Positions 60,086 to 64,000 of a stretch of DNA of 64,000 nucleotides are shown piece by piece. Within the stretch, counting starts at the first letter, position 1. Each line of letters starts with the position of its first letter. The stretch is taken from NCBI GenBank assembly GCA_030829545.1, contig JAURAI010000001.1, positions 70,234 through 134,233 on the forward strand, given 5' to 3'. The notes under the pieces are model-generated. The model saw only the letters and a program-made list of their open reading frames with translations. It did not search any database and was not told the DNA's origin. The stretch comes from Poseidonia sp. Its GTDB lineage: Archaea; Thermoplasmatota; Poseidoniia; Poseidoniales; Poseidoniaceae. A program made the translations under genes and the position numbers.

Positions 60086-61942
60086 ATGATGAGTGAAGAA
60101 ATAAGCAACCATGAGTACGATGTCATCATCATCGGTGCGGGTGGCGCTGGCCTACGTGCTGCCATTGAGTCTGCACGCTCAGGAGCGCGGACTGCTATCA
60201 TCACCAAATCGCTCCTCGGTAAGGCTCACACCGTGATGGCTGAAGGTGGCTGTGCAGCAGCCTTGCAAAACGCCGACCCGCGTGACGGCTGGAAGGTCCA
60301 CTTCCACGATACCATGAAAGGAAGCAAATGGCTTGCCAACTGGCGTATGGCTGAATTCCACGCGAAGGAAGCGCCGGACCGTGTCAGAGAACTCGAACAG
60401 TGGGGTGCCGTGTTTGACCGAACCCCAAAGAATCTCATCAATCAGCGAAATTTTGGCGGGCATACCTTCCCTCGTTTGGCTCACGTCGGCGATGCCACCG
60501 GTCTAGAAATCATCCGGACCCTGCAGGAGCGTGGCATTCACGAAGGCATTGATATCTTCATGGAATACACTGTCAGAACACTTCTCAAGGAAGGAGACCG
60601 TGTCACCGGCTGCGTAGCATACAACCGAGTTGACGGCGCTATTCACGCTTTTTCCGCTAAGTCTGTTGTTCTCGCTACGGGCGGCATTACTCGATGCTGG
60701 TCGGTTTGTTCTGGTTCCTGGGAATACACGGGTGACGGTCATGCCCTCGCTCTTTGGGCAGGTGCTGAACTTCGTGACATGGAATTCGTTCAATTTCACC
60801 CAACCGGCATGGTATGGCCACCGTCAGTTCGTGGCATCCTTGTGACAGAAGGTGTACGCGGTGAAGGTGGACGCCTCACCAATAACAAAGGGGAGCGCTT
60901 CATGTTCGATTACGTCCCTGAAATGTTTGCAGGTGACCACGCTGACACCATTGAAGAGTCCGACCAGTGGGTTGAGGAAGTCGTAAGCGGCAAACTCGCA
61001 ACCGTTCGCCGACCTCCCGAATTGCTGACACGTGACGTCGTCGCCAAAGCGATCAACGAAGAGGTCAAGGCAGGACGAGGTTCCCCTCACGGAGGAGCAT
61101 TCTTGGACATCTCACACCGTGGCGAAGAAGCGATTTTGAAGAAATTGCCGTCAATGCACCACCAATTCAAGGAGTTGGCTGGCGTTGACATCAGCAAGGA
61201 GCCAATGGAAGTTGGCCCCACTGCCCACTACGTCATGGGTGGTGTTTGCGTTGATGCTGAATCCCAAGAAACGACGGTTCCCGGGCTCTTTGCTTGTGGC
61301 GAAGTAGCATCCGGTCTCCACGGTGCGAACCGATTGGGAGGGAATTCACTCTCAGACCTCATCGTATTCGGCAAGCGTGCCGGTGAATTTGCTGCTAAGC
61401 GTGCATCAGACCTCGCTCAGCCCGCTATCGACAGTGCCCAAGTCAAGGCTGCCATCTCCGACATGCTCGCACCCTTGGAACGCGAGGGCGGTGAAAACCC
61501 TGGTCGAATTTACGATGAGATGCGTGATATGATGCAGGCGAAGGTCGGTATCATTCGAACCAAATCAGAACTTGAAGAGGCTCTCAAGGATATTGACCAA
61601 TTCAAAGAACGAGCCATGGCCTGTTCATCGGGCACCTCTCGCAAATACAATTCCGGTTGGCACCAAGCCCTCGACCTCCTCAACATGGCTGATGTATCTC
61701 ATGCTGCAACGCTGGCTGCCATCACCCGAGAAGAAAGCCGTGGTGGTCATACGCGCGACGACTTCCCCACCCCAGAAGACGACTACTGGGGCAAGACACT
61801 CAACATCATCTGGATGGAAGGTGGAGAGATGAAGATTCGGCAAGAGCCCGTCGAAGAAATGCGTGACGACCTCCAAGAAGCACTCAAGGAAGTCAAAGCC
61901 ATGATCGCTGAACGAGCCGCCGAAGCTGGAGGTGAAAACTAA
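60086..61942 (+). CDS. sdhA: Succinate dehydrogenase/fumarate reductase flavoprotein
   Basis: GAGGAG, AHTVMAEGG (FAD His), QFHPTG, EGVRGEGG, HYVMGG, HGANRLGGNSL, ESRGGH. Confidence 0.95.
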   Translation: MMSEEISNHEYDVIIIGAGGAGLRAAIESARSGARTAIITKSLLGKAHTVMAEGGCAAALQNADPRDGWKVHFHDTMKGSKWLANWRMAEFHAKEAPDRVRELEQWGAVFDRTPKNLINQRNFGGHTFPRLAHVGDATGLEIIRTLQERGIHEGIDIFMEYTVRTLLKEGDRVTGCVAYNRVDGAIHAFSAKSVVLATGGITRCWSVCSGSWEYTGDGHALALWAGAELRDMEFVQFHPTGMVWPPSVRGILVTEGVRGEGGRLTNNKGERFMFDYVPEMFAGDHADTIEESDQWVEEVVSGKLATVRRPPELLTRDVVAKAINEEVKAGRGSPHGGAFLDISHRGEEAILKKLPSMHHQFKELAGVDISKEPMEVGPTAHYVMGGVCVDAESQETTVPGLFACGEVASGLHGANRLGGNSLSDLIVFGKRAGEFAAKRASDLAQPAIDSAQVKAAISDMLAPLEREGGENPGRIYDEMRDMMQAKVGIIRTKSELEEALKDIDQFKERAMACSSGTSRKYNSGWHQALDLLNMADVSHAATLAAITREESRGGHTRDDFPTPEDDYWGKTLNIIWMEGGEMKIRQEPVEEMRDDLQEALKEVKAMIAERAAEAGGEN

Positions 61943-62709
61943 TGTCACTCAAAGGAACCAAACAATCGTTCAACGTTCTACGTGGAGAGGGCGAAGATGC
62001 CTCGCTTGAAGGCTATGAAATTGAACTGGATGAAGGCATGGTCGTATTGGATTGCCTTCACCGCATTCAACACGAACAAGAACCCGATATGGCCGTTCGT
62101 TGGAACTGCAAAGCAGGAAAATGCGGTTCATGTTCTGCAGAGATCAACGGCCGACCACGCCTGATGTGCATGACTCGGATGAGCGACGTGGTCGCTGAAA
62201 CACCAGCAGGTCAGCCCATTGAAATCCGTCCGATGAAAGCCTTCCCTCATGTCAAAGACCTTGTCACCGACGTCAGTTGGAATTACGAAGTCGCCCAACG
62301 TATCAAGCCCATCAACGGGCCCAAGGAGATGAATTGGGAATTCAATCAGATGGAAGCAGATCGTGTTCAAGAATTCCGTGAGTGTATCGAATGCTTCCTG
62401 TGCGTCAATACGTGCCACGTTCTACGCGACCACGCTTTATTCGATGATTTCGCTGGACCTCGTAACCTTGTCCGCCTCGCACAATATGAGATGCACCCGT
62501 TGGATACCGAAGACCGTGTTCCAGAAATCAAGAAAGAATTCGGCGTTGAATACTGCAACATCACACGGTGCTGCACTGAAGTTTGCCCTGCAGGCATCCA
62601 AATCACCGACGATGCGATTATTCAATTGAAGGAGCGTGTTGTTGACCGTTATTACGACCCGCTTCAGCGCATCTGGCGAACTCTGACTCGACAGAAGGTT
62701 CGTTATTGA
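61942..62709 (+). CDS. sdhB: Succinate dehydrogenase iron-sulfur subunit
   Basis: CKAGKCGSC...C, CIECFLCVNTC, CNITRCCTEVCP. Confidence 0.95.
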   Translation: MSLKGTKQSFNVLRGEGEDASLEGYEIELDEGMVVLDCLHRIQHEQEPDMAVRWNCKAGKCGSCSAEINGRPRLMCMTRMSDVVAETPAGQPIEIRPMKAFPHVKDLVTDVSWNYEVAQRIKPINGPKEMNWEFNQMEADRVQEFRECIECFLCVNTCHVLRDHALFDDFAGPRNLVRLAQYEMHPLDTEDRVPEIKKEFGVEYCNITRCCTEVCPAGIQITDDAIIQLKERVVDRYYDPLQRIWRTLTRQKVRY

Positions 62710-62747
62710 TGTACAAACCGACATCCACTTGACTGCCATGGTCCATG

Positions 62748-63638
62748 TCATCCTCGTGCGCTCAGCCAATCGCGAATCCATCCTTCACCGATGCCGTCAT
62801 GATTAACGTTAGGAGGCTGAAGCGGTCGGACGATGATCAACATATCCAATTCTCCACCCCAAGAGGCTTTGGCGACCACAACAACCTCGCCTACCTTGGT
62901 GCCTGCGGGGTCTGAGCCAAAGGTTGTGGAATTGATGTTATAACTTCGAAAGGCCACCGTTTCGATATGTTCGGATTCCCAACTTCCAAGTTGGATGTCC
63001 AGTGTGGATGGAGAAGGAACGGGTTGTAAGATGATTTCTTCGGGATTGAGGCGTACAAATGGCACTTCTTCGTCAATCAACTCAATCGCTTGATGCATGC
63101 GTCCGGTCTCCATATTCATGAGCGACGCCAATGTCATGGCAACACTTTCAGCACCAACCACCCCCGCTTGGTGCGGCAATCGTAACGTGAGGGATTGCAA
63201 CACCACCACATCGCTGGTCACCCAGGTGTATTGCTCGCTGGCGGGGTACATGGAAGCATGCGGATTTTCTGTGAACAGGGGGCGACCCCAGTCTTCAGGT
63301 GCAACGGGGTCGTCGACGGGAAGAAAACCTGTGGCTGTTAAACAAAGCATCGCCACACTCAAGGCCAGTAAGCGAGGTGTTCGGTGGGTCTTCCAATCTT
63401 CTCGGGCAGCGGGGCTAAGCAAGGAGACCACTACGAGCAACGGGAGGGCAAGGAGCGCTCCAGCGGGCAATATCCAGAGAAAAATAACGAAGGCAAGAGC
63501 CATCTGAATGCCTTGAGGGCCGATTGGCGTGTGCCATGTTTCATCTTCCAGTGCTTGTTTTCGACGGTGAATGAAAACCAAGGTCAAGGCACCTCCAACA
63601 AGAGGTAGCAGCGATTGAAGGAGACCTTGCCATACCAT
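62748..63638 (-). CDS. Hypothetical membrane protein
   Basis: Start trimmed to MVWQGLLQ so it does not overlap the divergent gene; 3-4 TM helices plus a soluble domain. Confidence 0.7.
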   Translation of the reverse strand: MVWQGLLQSLLPLVGGALTLVFIHRRKQALEDETWHTPIGPQGIQMALAFVIFLWILPAGALLALPLLVVVSLLSPAAREDWKTHRTPRLLALSVAMLCLTATGFLPVDDPVAPEDWGRPLFTENPHASMYPASEQYTWVTSDVVVLQSLTLRLPHQAGVVGAESVAMTLASLMNMETGRMHQAIELIDEEVPFVRLNPEEIILQPVPSPSTLDIQLGSWESEHIETVAFRSYNINSTTFGSDPAGTKVGEVVVVAKASWGGELDMLIIVRPLQPPNVNHDGIGEGWIRDWLSARG

Positions 63639-63724
63639 GAACGACGGTGGCAACCCTGCATCCAGCCGCCATAGATGTTCGGGTTGTCCCAAGGTTGATG
63701 CGAGGGTTTCGTGTAAGATTGACC

Positions 63725-64000
63725 ATGGCGGAGGCGGTTCTTTCCTTTCGGGACGTCCAACACCGTCACAAGATACCCGCTCCTCGCTGGTCAAAACCTT
63801 GGGCTCAACGCTTGGGACCGGGGATTGTAGACCTCAACCTCAAGTTGTATCGAGGATCCATTCTCGGACTTGTAGGGCCAAACGGAGCAGGAAAAACCAC
63901 CCTGCTGCGCATGATGGCTGGCATCCTTCCGCTTCAAACGGGTTCGGTGATGGAACGAATTGACAGTGACGAATGGACGCACGTCGATGATTTGCGAACC
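63725..64000 (+). CDS. ABC transporter ATP-binding protein, 5' part (truncated by the window edge)
   Basis: Manual translation MAEAVLSFRDV...GSILGLVGPNGAGKTTLLRMMAG. Confidence 0.85.
   Translation, partial: MAEAVLSFRDVQHRHKIPAPRWSKPWAQRLGPGIVDLNLKLYRGSILGLVGPNGAGKTTLLRMMAGILPLQTGSVMERIDSDEWTHVDDLRT

Overview
Gene-dense, moderate-GC archaeal chromosome segment. Gene content points to Marine Group II Euryarchaeota (Ca. Poseidoniales, Thermoplasmatota); this is an inference from Alba, thermosome, CDC48/VAT, Bud32, PyrBI, a FlaI/PilB-like ATPase and DnaK, plus several bacterial-type metabolic genes and large secreted acidic proteins. It holds about 50 CDSs and one tRNA-Gly(GCC); no CRISPR, rRNA, integrase or transposase was seen. 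Main leads: (1) an agmatinase / pyruvoyl decarboxylase / bacterial-type deoxyhypusine-synthase-like operon without spermidine synthase, a candidate arginine-to-homospermidine pathway; (2) a cysteine-free Mrp/ApbC ATPase whose CPxC motif is replaced by an insertion, followed by a Cys-rich DUF971 gene; (3) a roadblock / giant coiled-coil / small membrane protein operon; (4) an AT-rich tract with ORB-like boxes, a candidate oriC with no adjacent orc1/cdc6; (5) an orphan basic protein flanked by hairpin arrays; (6) a mycobacterial Sdh1-like (type F) succinate dehydrogenase; (7) a eukaryote-like CTP synthase. All family calls come from motif recognition by eye, not database searches.
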